DNA of 64,000 nucleotides from contig CAZKWX010000001.1 of NCBI GenBank assembly GCA_964556685.1, positions 11,417-75,416 on the forward strand, written 5' to 3'. Source of the stretch: an uncultured Bdellovibrionales bacterium. GTDB taxonomy: Bacteria; Patescibacteriota; Minisyncoccia; Moranbacterales; DUUL01. Shown here piece by piece: positions 11,966 through 21,104 of the stretch (the first letter of the stretch is position 1; each line of letters starts with the position of its first letter). The notes under the pieces were generated by a model. That model was not told the DNA's origin and did no database searches. It was given only the letters and a program-made list of their open reading frames with translations. The translations under genes and the position numbers were made by a program.

Positions 11966-12963
11966 AGATGTCTAACAAAAGAAAGGTCACTCTGATTTTG
12001 ATGGCGATTCTACTGATAGCTGTCGGAGTCAACCTATATTTATGGAAAAGTGGCGGTGGGGGAGAGAATAATCCTGGAATTCTTAAAATCGGTTTCATCA
12101 CGGATGTTCACTGCTATTCAAAACTTAACAAAGAGACCAACGAGTGGGAGATCAACTGGAGATGCAAACAGCCATTCGATGCCTTCATCAAACAAATGAA
12201 TGAAGAGTTTGGGCCTGATTTCGTAGTTGAAGGTGGAGATTTCGTTGACGGAAGAGATCGTCTAGAGGATGATGGATTTTTAAAGGCCAAAGATTTTTAT
12301 GATCAAATTCGTGCTCCGAAATATCATGTGCTAGGAAATCATGAAACCGACAACATGACCAAAGATTGCTGGAAGGAGATCGTAGGTTACGACAGCACCT
12401 ATTATTATTTTGACATCAAAGATTATCGAATGATTGTTCTGGATGCCAACAATGTTCAAACCGAAGAAGGCATTGTTGACATGAGTCCTAAAACGCCTCA
12501 TTCCTATCGGGGCTTGATGACTGATGAGCAAATGAATTGGTTGAAGAGCTTGTTTGAAGAGTCAAGCGATAAAAAAGTAATTGTGTTTATTCATGAGCCG
12601 CCATTTGATGAAACACCGGGAAGATTGAAAGAGGATCATTTTATTAACCCAAAACCATTGAGAGATTTATTTTCGCAGCATAGAGTCCTGGCAGTGTTCA
12701 GTGGGCACACAGAGGAAATGTGTGACGTGACAATAGACGGAGTGCGATATTTTTCACTCCAAGGATTCCATAAGGGAAATTCACTTTTACCCAAAGAGCA
12801 AAGGTTTAAAGATCAAGGAGCTTTTTATCAAGTGATATTAGATGAAAAAGAGGCAGACGTTGAAATGTTTTATAGTGATGGAAGAGACACGGAATATAAG
12901 TCGATGGAGATAAATCAAGATACAGCGTATTGCAATAACGACGCATTGCCAGAACAGGAATGA
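11962..12963 (+). CDS. calcineurin-like metallophosphoesterase, TM-anchored (paralog A)
   Basis: N-terminal TM helix, then GFITDVHC, GGDFVDGRD, GNHE and GHTE metallophosphoesterase motifs. Confidence 0.75.
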   Translation: MKMSNKRKVTLILMAILLIAVGVNLYLWKSGGGGENNPGILKIGFITDVHCYSKLNKETNEWEINWRCKQPFDAFIKQMNEEFGPDFVVEGGDFVDGRDRLEDDGFLKAKDFYDQIRAPKYHVLGNHETDNMTKDCWKEIVGYDSTYYYFDIKDYRMIVLDANNVQTEEGIVDMSPKTPHSYRGLMTDEQMNWLKSLFEESSDKKVIVFIHEPPFDETPGRLKEDHFINPKPLRDLFSQHRVLAVFSGHTEEMCDVTIDGVRYFSLQGFHKGNSLLPKEQRFKDQGAFYQVILDEKEADVEMFYSDGRDTEYKSMEINQDTAYCNNDALPEQE

Positions 12964-12977
12964 TATTATAAAGAATA

Positions 12978-15116
12978 ATGAAAGAGGTTGATTCAACTAA
13001 AGGGAGAAATAAAAAACCGATTATTTTATTTATCGGTATCGTGATTGCAATAGTGGCTGGAATATTCATATTTAGATCTGACAGAGAATCTTTGAGGATC
13101 GTTTTTGTCACGGATTGGGAATATGGAGAGATGAAAAGAATTGGCAGCAAAGCAAGTGGCTCGGCTGATGAAGAGCTGAAGAAGGTTGTCAAAAGCGCTC
13201 ATCGAGGCATCAACCCAGACCTGGCAATTGGAGGAGGAGACTATATCAACGGCGCAAAAATTGACGAAAAAAAGGCCACAGAGCAACTAAAGCTAGAGAG
13301 AGATATTTTCGAAAAGATAAAGTCCGAAAAAGTATATTTGTTGGGAGATCATGATTTAAAGAAAATTCCACTGCAGCAAGCAGAAGAAATTTTGGGAGTA
13401 AAATATCAAAACAATAGGATCGACAAGAAAGGATATAGGGTGGTATTTCTTAATAGTCAAGAGATTTTTAGAGGCGAGGGTGAGAGGCTAGAAAAAGAGC
13501 TAGCTTGGCTCAAGGCTCAATTGAAAGATGGATTGCCTGTAATAATTTTTTCTCATTTCAACATAATCGCAACGCCCCAAAAGGACAAATGGAAACGAGC
13601 AGCTGGAAATTCTGACAAGATCAGAGAGGTTTTACAAAACCATCCCAATGTAGTAGCAGTTATTATGGGCGAAGGACTGAGAGATTATGCGGTTAGAGAA
13701 AAGGGTATTGTATATGTCTCAATTCCTGGATTGGTTGAGCAAGATTATGTAGGGAGCTATGCTGAAATTCAGGCGACAAAGAAAGATAATTTGGCAGAAA
13801 TTAAAGTTATCCGTCGAGGAATTGACCCGATCGAATACATTATATTCAAAGACTTAACAGATATATACTCAGCTAAGATTGAAGCAAAGGGAGAAGAGAA
13901 AATTGCAGAAATTTTGTGGAACGAATTGGGCGTCCAAAAAGAGGGAAATGTGATGGCCAGCGAAAGCCAGGGGACCGAAAGCAGCCTGAGTGTTTCAGAA
14001 AACGGAAAAGTGTTTGTTGCATATGAAGATGGCGAGGATAAGAATAAGGCGAGAATAAGATCAGTTGGGGCAAAAGAAGCTCAGAATCTTGAAGGCCAAA
14101 ATAGTCAACAAGGAAAAATTAGTCAGCAAAAAGGAGGTGATCCTTTTGTTGAAGCAAGCTCGGAAAAAACATACGTTGGATTTATGGATTATCAAAATGG
14201 AGCTCGAGCTAGGATCAGGGAATGGGACGGTGTGGAGTGGAGAGATCTTGCTGATGCGAATCACCCAGAAGGCCTAATTAGTATTTCCAAAGGACACGAG
14301 CCAGTTTTGGCGCTTGATCAATCAAAACAACTCTACGTAGCTTTTAATCAAGGAGCTAATTCAGAAGTTGAATGCGGTGATGAGTTATGTTGGGTTAAGG
14401 TGATGAAATGGAGTGGCGATGTTTGGGAAGATTTAGGAGACCAGAGTTTTGTTCAGCAATCAGTCAATAATCAACCGGGAACCGAAGTGGCCATTGCTGC
14501 ATCAAAAATAGACGAGTCTGTCTACATCGCATTTCAAAATCAATCTCAAAATAACAAAATTCAGGTAAAACAATACGATGGAGAAAGATGGAAGAATATA
14601 TCAAATTTAGATAATAATTTAGCTACGAATATCTCCGGCTTCAGTCCGTCAATTACTACTGGGAAAAATGGGGGATTATACTTAGCTTATGTTGGTGAGA
14701 ATTTTGAAAAGTTATATATTCAAGAATGGGATGGAAACGAATGGCATCCTGTTGGAGATGGAGCAATTTCTTCGGGAAAATGTTCGGAAGTTGATATCGC
14801 AGTGAGTGATTCTGGGATAATATATGCAGCTTATTCGCAGTATAAGAAGAACACAATTATTCCTAAAAAATCTAAGAAAAAAAATTCAGAGGAATATTTT
14901 CCCAGCAGAAGCAATGCCTGGAGGGTTCGAGTGAAAAGGCTAAACGGAGAAAAATGGGAGAGCATTTCTGATGACTTAAATCCAAGCGGATACATATCTC
15001 GGGGAAACGGAAAAGGAGATCCGTCGTTGGATGTGTGGAAGGAAAACATTTATGTTTCATTCACCGATAAAGCCAGTGATTATAAAGTAAAAGTAAAACA
15101 AACTCAAATTAAATAG
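12978..15116 (+). CDS. TM-anchored degenerate metallophosphoesterase-like domain fused to C-terminal beta-propeller-like repeats
   Basis: N-terminal VFVTDWEYG / GGGDYING / LLGDHD / FSHFNI are divergent MPP motifs. The C-terminal ~350 aa hold 5-6 repeats of the form hYhAF ... (E/Q)WDGxxWxxh.D. Confidence 0.6.
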   Translation: MKEVDSTKGRNKKPIILFIGIVIAIVAGIFIFRSDRESLRIVFVTDWEYGEMKRIGSKASGSADEELKKVVKSAHRGINPDLAIGGGDYINGAKIDEKKATEQLKLERDIFEKIKSEKVYLLGDHDLKKIPLQQAEEILGVKYQNNRIDKKGYRVVFLNSQEIFRGEGERLEKELAWLKAQLKDGLPVIIFSHFNIIATPQKDKWKRAAGNSDKIREVLQNHPNVVAVIMGEGLRDYAVREKGIVYVSIPGLVEQDYVGSYAEIQATKKDNLAEIKVIRRGIDPIEYIIFKDLTDIYSAKIEAKGEEKIAEILWNELGVQKEGNVMASESQGTESSLSVSENGKVFVAYEDGEDKNKARIRSVGAKEAQNLEGQNSQQGKISQQKGGDPFVEASSEKTYVGFMDYQNGARARIREWDGVEWRDLADANHPEGLISISKGHEPVLALDQSKQLYVAFNQGANSEVECGDELCWVKVMKWSGDVWEDLGDQSFVQQSVNNQPGTEVAIAASKIDESVYIAFQNQSQNNKIQVKQYDGERWKNISNLDNNLATNISGFSPSITTGKNGGLYLAYVGENFEKLYIQEWDGNEWHPVGDGAISSGKCSEVDIAVSDSGIIYAAYSQYKKNTIIPKKSKKKNSEEYFPSRSNAWRVRVKRLNGEKWESISDDLNPSGYISRGNGKGDPSLDVWKENIYVSFTDKASDYKVKVKQTQIK

Positions 15117-15280
15117 AGAAGTTACGCGATCTAGGTTTAATTTCTCACAAGTAAGGCATTTTTGCCAAACGTTCGCTCCGCTTCCTAAGGTGTCAAAAAT
15201 ACCTTACTTGCGGGAAATTTCCGTTAAGTAAAGCAGGAAAGTGCGCAACTTCTATTAAATAACAATATACACTAAAAAAT

Positions 15281-16300
15281 ATGCCTAAGAAAAATAAATA
15301 CATAATATTTACGCTTATCGCAGTGCTATTGTTAGTGGGAGTTTTTTTGTATCGAACAAAAAATAGTAAGCTGATCAATGAATGGAGTGAAAAAAAGGTA
15401 GAAAAAATAGCTACCGAGCCATTAAAAGTGGGTTTCATCACTGATGCTCATTGCTATTCCAAGCAGGACAAGGACACTGGAGAGTGGACGCTAAATTGGC
15501 GCTGTCAACAGCCACTAGAAATATTCGTGAAAAAAATGAACGAAGATTTTAGGCCAGATGCGGCAATCCAAAGCGGTGATTTTATTGACGGCAAAGATGA
15601 TCATGCCGAAGGGACATTTATTGAAGCTCAAAAAATATTCGATCAATTGACAATGTCAAAATTGAAAGTGGTTGGCAACCATGAAGTTCGAGATTTCACC
15701 AAGCAGAGATGGCTGGAGATGACGGGAAATGAAAAAACCTACTACCATCAGGACATCAAGGGCTATCGCTTGGTGGTTTTGGATGCAAACAACAAACCTG
15801 GTCAGGACGGGTCGTCAGTCGACACTAGCCCGGAACTTGAATATTACCCAGGTTTTATTGACAAGGATCAAATGAAATGGCTCGAAAAACTACTGAAGAA
15901 CTCAAGAGAATACGAAGTGGTAGTTTTTGTCCACCAGCCAACATTTGCCACAGATGCAAAAGAACAAAGAGAATTGTTTGTCGGGGGAGAAGAATTGAGG
16001 AAACTTTTTGCTGAACGAGGAGTGAGGGCAGTTTTTTCTGGCCACATTGAAAGAGTTTGCAATTTTGAAGAAAATGGAGTGGAATATTTTGTGCTCAAAG
16101 GTTTCTGGAAAGAGAATGGGGGACTCAAAGAAGAATTCCAATATAAAAAAGGCGGAAACTTCAGCGAAGTTACAGTTTTGCCAGATGATGTCAAGGTCGA
16201 AATGTATCATCGGGTAGGGAGAGACATGCCCTATGGGAGCAAGGAGATAACACCCGAGAATTATTCCTGTTTTGACGGGGCGACCCTTGCTGACGATTAG
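15281..16300 (+). CDS. calcineurin-like metallophosphoesterase, TM-anchored (paralog B)
   Basis: Clear paralog of 11962..12963 (VGFITDAHCYSK, SGDFIDGKDD, VGNHE, FSGHIE). Confidence 0.75.
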   Translation: MPKKNKYIIFTLIAVLLLVGVFLYRTKNSKLINEWSEKKVEKIATEPLKVGFITDAHCYSKQDKDTGEWTLNWRCQQPLEIFVKKMNEDFRPDAAIQSGDFIDGKDDHAEGTFIEAQKIFDQLTMSKLKVVGNHEVRDFTKQRWLEMTGNEKTYYHQDIKGYRLVVLDANNKPGQDGSSVDTSPELEYYPGFIDKDQMKWLEKLLKNSREYEVVVFVHQPTFATDAKEQRELFVGGEELRKLFAERGVRAVFSGHIERVCNFEENGVEYFVLKGFWKENGGLKEEFQYKKGGNFSEVTVLPDDVKVEMYHRVGRDMPYGSKEITPENYSCFDGATLADD

Positions 16301-16316
16301 ACCGTCCATACATATT

Positions 16317-18077
16317 ATGCAAAAAGTAAAAATCAAAGAGCACTTCAGAAAAAATTGGCACCGGTGGATGCTTTTGGTTATTATTCTGTTGGCTATTTGG
16401 GTGAGGGCTTACAATTATTCTGACTGGCTGCTCATGCGCGCTGATCAAGCCAGAGATGGCTATTATGCAAAAGAAGCATTTGATAACGGGCTAGATCATT
16501 TGCGGCTTTTAGGTCCTAAAGTTGATCTGGCTTATCTTGAAGGGGACAAACTTGAAAGAGGCAACACGCTCCATTTAGCTGGTCCCTTTTATTATTACAT
16601 TCAATATTTTTCCGTGTCTGTCTTTAACACTATGGAACCCTGGGTGGTGGCTTTACCGGATTTAGTGTTTTTTCTATTATCTATTCCTCTTTTCTTTCTT
16701 CTGGCTCGAACATTTTTTTCAAAAACTAACAGTCTTTTATTGACAACCCTATATGCTTTTTCATTTTTCAACATAATTTATTCAAGATTTGCCTGGAATC
16801 CCAACCATTTATATTTTTGGATAGTATTGTTTGTCTTAAGCATGGCCAGGGTGGCAACTGAAAAAGAAAACAAGAAAAAAGGCTGGTGGTTTCTGACAGC
16901 TGTTTTTGGTTTTTTAATTATTTCACAGCTTCATTTCTTGGCCTTGGCTGGTTTTTTTATCGTCGGCATAATTTTCTGGATTATTCTCAGAAAGAGAATA
17001 AAAATCAGCAAAAAATATTGGCTGGCAGCTTTGGCTATCGTGCTTATTTTAAATATTCCTTTGGCAGTTAGTGAATACAAAAACAGAGGTGACAATGTCA
17101 AGCGATATTTAGTGGCCATGACTCGAGAAAGAGAAACGGATGATACACTTTATAAAAAAATTAGCACTACCATGAAGAAGCAGGGAGAATTTTTCTCCAT
17201 CAGTTTGACATCATTTCACGAAGAGGAAATAGCTCCGATTGAAATGATGGGCCTAGTGCTATTTTTGATTTCAATCGGAGCTTTTATTTTCCATTTGGTG
17301 AAAAAGAAGGAAATAACTACTATAAAAAACCAAAAAGTTTTATTTGTGCTGCTGCTTCTTTGGTCAGGTGTTTTCCTTTTGTTGTTTTTTCGAATTTACT
17401 TTAAACTCAACAACGCACGCTATTACATCATGTTAGTCCCAATGAGTTTTCTATTTTTAGGTTTTTGGTTGGCTATGTTGGAAAAGATTAGAAAAAAAGG
17501 CTTAGGAATTTTGATGATGATTGCCGTTTCTCTGACCTTGTTGGCAGGAAACTTGAATGCCACTGCGTACTTTTATGAATCTTTACAAGCTGGCTATAAA
17601 GCAGAAAAGTATTCACGAGATCCAAAATTGGGACCATACAGAGAATTGATAACCTTGGGCGAAATGAGACAAGCTTATATTTTCATGACTGAAGAAGCCA
17701 AAAAAGAAAACAAGGAAGCCTGTTTTCGCAACTCAAACTACCAATACAATTTAGGATTTAAGTATATTGCTGATGTCTATCATTCAGTCGAAGACTTGCG
17801 AAGTTTTAATGTTGAAGACGAAGCGCTTGATTGTAAATATTTCTACACTACCAGGGCGAAGAGAGGAGCAGGAGGCATTGATGAAGAATTTCTCGGAAGA
17901 TTTGAAAGAGGAAAACCCAAGCAATTTGGTGCGATGATTGTTTGGGAAATGAATCTTAAGGAAGGAGAAATAAAGAAAATTCTTGCAAAGAATGTTGAGG
18001 AAGTTGAAAAACCAAAGAAGAAAGATGATGAAAAAAGAATTATAATTTGGAAAGAAGTCTTCAATGGAAAAGAATAA
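16317..18077 (+). CDS. GT-C family membrane glycosyltransferase, paralog 2
   Basis: Polytopic. Shares the N-terminal WxRxYN..DWL..ADQ..D motif with paralogs 3 and 4. The tool ORF starts at TTG 16272; the ATG is at 16317. Confidence 0.6.
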   Translation: MQKVKIKEHFRKNWHRWMLLVIILLAIWVRAYNYSDWLLMRADQARDGYYAKEAFDNGLDHLRLLGPKVDLAYLEGDKLERGNTLHLAGPFYYYIQYFSVSVFNTMEPWVVALPDLVFFLLSIPLFFLLARTFFSKTNSLLLTTLYAFSFFNIIYSRFAWNPNHLYFWIVLFVLSMARVATEKENKKKGWWFLTAVFGFLIISQLHFLALAGFFIVGIIFWIILRKRIKISKKYWLAALAIVLILNIPLAVSEYKNRGDNVKRYLVAMTRERETDDTLYKKISTTMKKQGEFFSISLTSFHEEEIAPIEMMGLVLFLISIGAFIFHLVKKKEITTIKNQKVLFVLLLLWSGVFLLLFFRIYFKLNNARYYIMLVPMSFLFLGFWLAMLEKIRKKGLGILMMIAVSLTLLAGNLNATAYFYESLQAGYKAEKYSRDPKLGPYRELITLGEMRQAYIFMTEEAKKENKEACFRNSNYQYNLGFKYIADVYHSVEDLRSFNVEDEALDCKYFYTTRAKRGAGGIDEEFLGRFERGKPKQFGAMIVWEMNLKEGEIKKILAKNVEEVEKPKKKDDEKRIIIWKEVFNGKE

Positions 18078-19788
18078 TTTTCAAAAAAATTGGCACTGGT
18101 GGGTTTTGGGATCGATTATCGTTCTGGCTTTTTTCGTTCGTGTTTATAATTTTCACGACTGGCTCTATTTTGAGGCTGATCAAGTGCGTAATGCTAACAA
18201 TGCCATCGCCGCTTTTGAAAATGGACCAGGAGAACTTCCTCTGCTGGGGCCCAAAGCAGGGGGAACTGACCTCCATCTAGGACCAATTTCCTATTATTTT
18301 GAATATCTGAGCGCAATCATCACTCAGAGCACCAGACCAGAAGTTTTTGCTTTTCCCAATCTGCTATTTCTCTTGCTGCTTGTGCCTTTGACCTATTATT
18401 TTCTTTCTCACTTTTTTCCAAAAAAAATCAGCCTTTTGGTGGTTCTCGTTTTCTCACTATCATATATGGTCACTCAATATTCTCGTTTTTCTTGGAATCC
18501 AAATGCGATTTTGTTTTGGAGTCTGCTTTTTATGCTTGGGTTATATAAAACATATTCAGAAAAAGAGACTGGAAAGTCAGGCTGGTGGCTTCTTGTTATG
18601 GCTCTGAGCTACGCTGTTGCCAGCCAACTGCACATGGTGGCGTTGCTCGGGTTTCCCTTGATAGCAATTATTTTTTGGATTTTCTATCGACCATTTCACA
18701 TCAAATGGGCTTTTTGGCTAGCTAGTATTGCTCTCTTGTTTTTCTTTTATACTCCGGTGATTGTCAATGATCTGAATACCAGCGGATCCAATACGAAAAA
18801 TTTCTTGCATTCACTCGGAAGCAGGAGTGAAAAGAGAGGATTAATTGAAAGCGGAATTAAAACGGTTGATCTGCACGGAAAATATTACACTTTTGCTACG
18901 CTTTCTTTAAATGAAAAAGAATTTAAATTTTCTCATTGGTTAGGAATCTTATTTGTCATTTTTGGTTTTACACTTATTGTTCTTCATTGGAGAGGGAAGA
19001 TTAAATTGTCTAAAAAATTGCCGCGATCGTTCTTGATTCTTCTTTCTGTTTGGTTTGGTGTTTATCTGCTGATTTATTTTAGGTTAGTCTTCGACTTGGA
19101 TGAACCACGCTTTTGGTTTCCAACTATATTTTTGGCTTTTATTTTACTAGCAATTATTTTTTCCTATTTGTGGAAATATCGATGGGGAAAGCCAGCGGTT
19201 TACGTTATTACAATACTGTTAGTTTTATTGAATCTAACCGCAATCGCTAATTGGTATGGAGGTTTGAAAAACCAGGATGAAAAAAACCGCTTTGGCAGAA
19301 AACCGACAAGCACGACTTTAATTCAAAACGACTTTATTGCTTTGGGCGATATAGAAAAAGCAGCCAGCTTAATTACAGAAAGCTTAAGCGTTGGAAAAGC
19401 GTGCTTTAATACTCCCTCGACATATTTAGCATCTTATAAATTTATATTTAACAGAAACCATTCAGAATTTGAAACAAGAAGAATAGACAAGAGCATTGAA
19501 ATTGGCAATGTCGAAGGTTGTGACGTATTCATTCTGGATCATAGTGGGAACAAGAAAGAAGAGATAGAAGAAAAATTCCTGAAAAAAGGAGCCGAAATTG
19601 AGATTAAAAAAATAGGAACGCAGGGATTAATAACGATTTGGGGAGTCAATGTCATTAGGAATGTGAATGCAGAGAATCTTGAATTAACTCAATCAGACGA
19701 AGATCCTGATGGTATTAAAAAAGAAAAAAAGCCCACAAAAAGGCCTCGGTTGAAGTGGAAAGATATCTTTTCGAAAACCGGAAAGTAG
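18064..19788 (+). CDS. GT-C family membrane glycosyltransferase, paralog 3
   Basis: MEKNNFQKNWHWW..VRVYNFHDWLYFEADQVRN mirrors paralog 2. Overlaps its stop by 14 nt. Confidence 0.6.
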   Translation: MEKNNFQKNWHWWVLGSIIVLAFFVRVYNFHDWLYFEADQVRNANNAIAAFENGPGELPLLGPKAGGTDLHLGPISYYFEYLSAIITQSTRPEVFAFPNLLFLLLLVPLTYYFLSHFFPKKISLLVVLVFSLSYMVTQYSRFSWNPNAILFWSLLFMLGLYKTYSEKETGKSGWWLLVMALSYAVASQLHMVALLGFPLIAIIFWIFYRPFHIKWAFWLASIALLFFFYTPVIVNDLNTSGSNTKNFLHSLGSRSEKRGLIESGIKTVDLHGKYYTFATLSLNEKEFKFSHWLGILFVIFGFTLIVLHWRGKIKLSKKLPRSFLILLSVWFGVYLLIYFRLVFDLDEPRFWFPTIFLAFILLAIIFSYLWKYRWGKPAVYVITILLVLLNLTAIANWYGGLKNQDEKNRFGRKPTSTTLIQNDFIALGDIEKAASLITESLSVGKACFNTPSTYLASYKFIFNRNHSEFETRRIDKSIEIGNVEGCDVFILDHSGNKKEEIEEKFLKKGAEIEIKKIGTQGLITIWGVNVIRNVNAENLELTQSDEDPDGIKKEKKPTKRPRLKWKDIFSKTGK

Positions 19789-19914
19789 TTGTTCAGAAAG
19801 CGGAAATTGGTAATGGAAATTTGAAAATAGAAGATAGATAAATTCAAAAATAAATATGCCAATTTCAAATATCCATTTTCAATTACTGATTTCCAGTTTC
19901 CAAACAGCCAGTTT

Positions 19915-21060
19915 CTATATTTTCACTGGCAATCTCCAGATAACTTTGGTAGCCAAGAAGAAGTTTAACAGGGTAGCGGCAATGACGCCGATGATGGCAG
20001 CGAGAATATAGTGCAGTCCGATTGAAAGCCCGAAAGAAAAAATTGCAAAGTTGAAGAACATTGTGACAACAGAAAAAACATAATAATAGATCACTCGACG
20101 CATGCTCTCTTTTCGATCGGGTGATTTTTTGTCGCTATAAGTGAATAGGGAATTGAAAGCATAGTTCGTCAGGATTGAAACTGCTACTGCGATGATATAA
20201 GCTGGTCTTTCGACTATATTAAAAATTTCTACTAAAATTGCCAAGAGGCCAAGGTTCACAATCACGCCACTAGCTCCGACAATGCAGAATTTAATGAAAC
20301 GTCCGGCCTCAGGAACGGTGCGGAAAAGATGCCAAAGGTGACTAAAAAATTCCAGGCCTTGCTTGAGGGTAGCTTTACTTTGGTCATTTTCTCGAGGAAG
20401 AAATTTCTGTGGAACCAAAGAAACCTTTTTTGGATTTGTGCGCACAAGCAATTCAACTTGGATTTTGAAGCCTCTTGGTTCAAGTTTAACCCTTTCAAGT
20501 AGTTCTCTTTTAAAAAGAAAAAGTCCGGCCAAAGGATCAGAAGTCTTGCGAGTAGGAATGAAAATAATTTGAGTGAACCATTTCATTCCCAAGGAAACAG
20601 CTCGCCGATAGATTCCATAAGGAGTTTTGAGACTGCCTAGTCCTGTAGCGCTTCCTCCTTTCATATAACGAGAAGCGGAAACGAAGTCAGCATCATCACT
20701 GATGGCTTTTCCCAACATTGTTAGCATTACTTCTGGTGGATGTTGCAAGTCTGTGTCCATAGAACCAATATATTTGCCTTGAGATTTTTCAAAGCCAACA
20801 ATGACGGCTGAAGCCAAACCTTCTTTATTACCATAAATAAGCCTTATTTGAGGGTCTTTTTGAACCTCCCGTTCAATGATTTTTGGCGTTTCATCGTCGC
20901 TATCATCAACAAAAATCATTTCATAGTCATATTTGGTATTTGCAAAAACAGCCGTCAGCTTCTCGATTAGCGGTAATACGTTATCCTTTTCATTGAACGT
21001 GGGCAGCACAATGCTGAGCAGTTTTTGATTCTCCATGTTTATTTTTTGTAGTTGACGCAT
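19915..21060 (-). CDS. polyprenyl-phosphate glycosyltransferase (GT2, Dol-P-Man synthase-like) with C-terminal GtrA-like TM domain
   Basis: LSIVLPTFNE, FVDDSDDET and DTDLQHPPE are GT2 motifs. C-terminal 4-TM GtrA-like tail. Alternative ATG at 21036 (MENQK...). Confidence 0.75.
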   Translation of the reverse strand: MRQLQKINMENQKLLSIVLPTFNEKDNVLPLIEKLTAVFANTKYDYEMIFVDDSDDETPKIIEREVQKDPQIRLIYGNKEGLASAVIVGFEKSQGKYIGSMDTDLQHPPEVMLTMLGKAISDDADFVSASRYMKGGSATGLGSLKTPYGIYRRAVSLGMKWFTQIIFIPTRKTSDPLAGLFLFKRELLERVKLEPRGFKIQVELLVRTNPKKVSLVPQKFLPRENDQSKATLKQGLEFFSHLWHLFRTVPEAGRFIKFCIVGASGVIVNLGLLAILVEIFNIVERPAYIIAVAVSILTNYAFNSLFTYSDKKSPDRKESMRRVIYYYVFSVVTMFFNFAIFSFGLSIGLHYILAAIIGVIAATLLNFFLATKVIWRLPVKI

Positions 21061-21075
21061 ATATGCGTCAACTAC
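21048..21075. promoter_or_regulatory. 28-bp perfect palindrome GTAGTTGACGCATAT|ATGCGTCAACTAC at the 5' end of the GT2 gene
   Basis: Perfect inverted repeat. A sibling copy lies inside the GT-C paralog 4 CDS at 22364. Confidence 0.4.
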
Positions 21076-21104
21076 GCTATTATAATTTTCGGTTCAATGA
21101 AGTA

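Noticed and set aside
15868-16336. Minus-strand ORFs of 108-144 aa
   Set aside because: Antisense to the metallophosphoesterase paralog B, which has clear catalytic motifs.
21048-21075. The 28-bp palindrome as a rho-independent terminator
   Set aside because: Neither strand has a U-tract after the stem, so a canonical terminator is not supported. Kept as a regulatory or repeat element.
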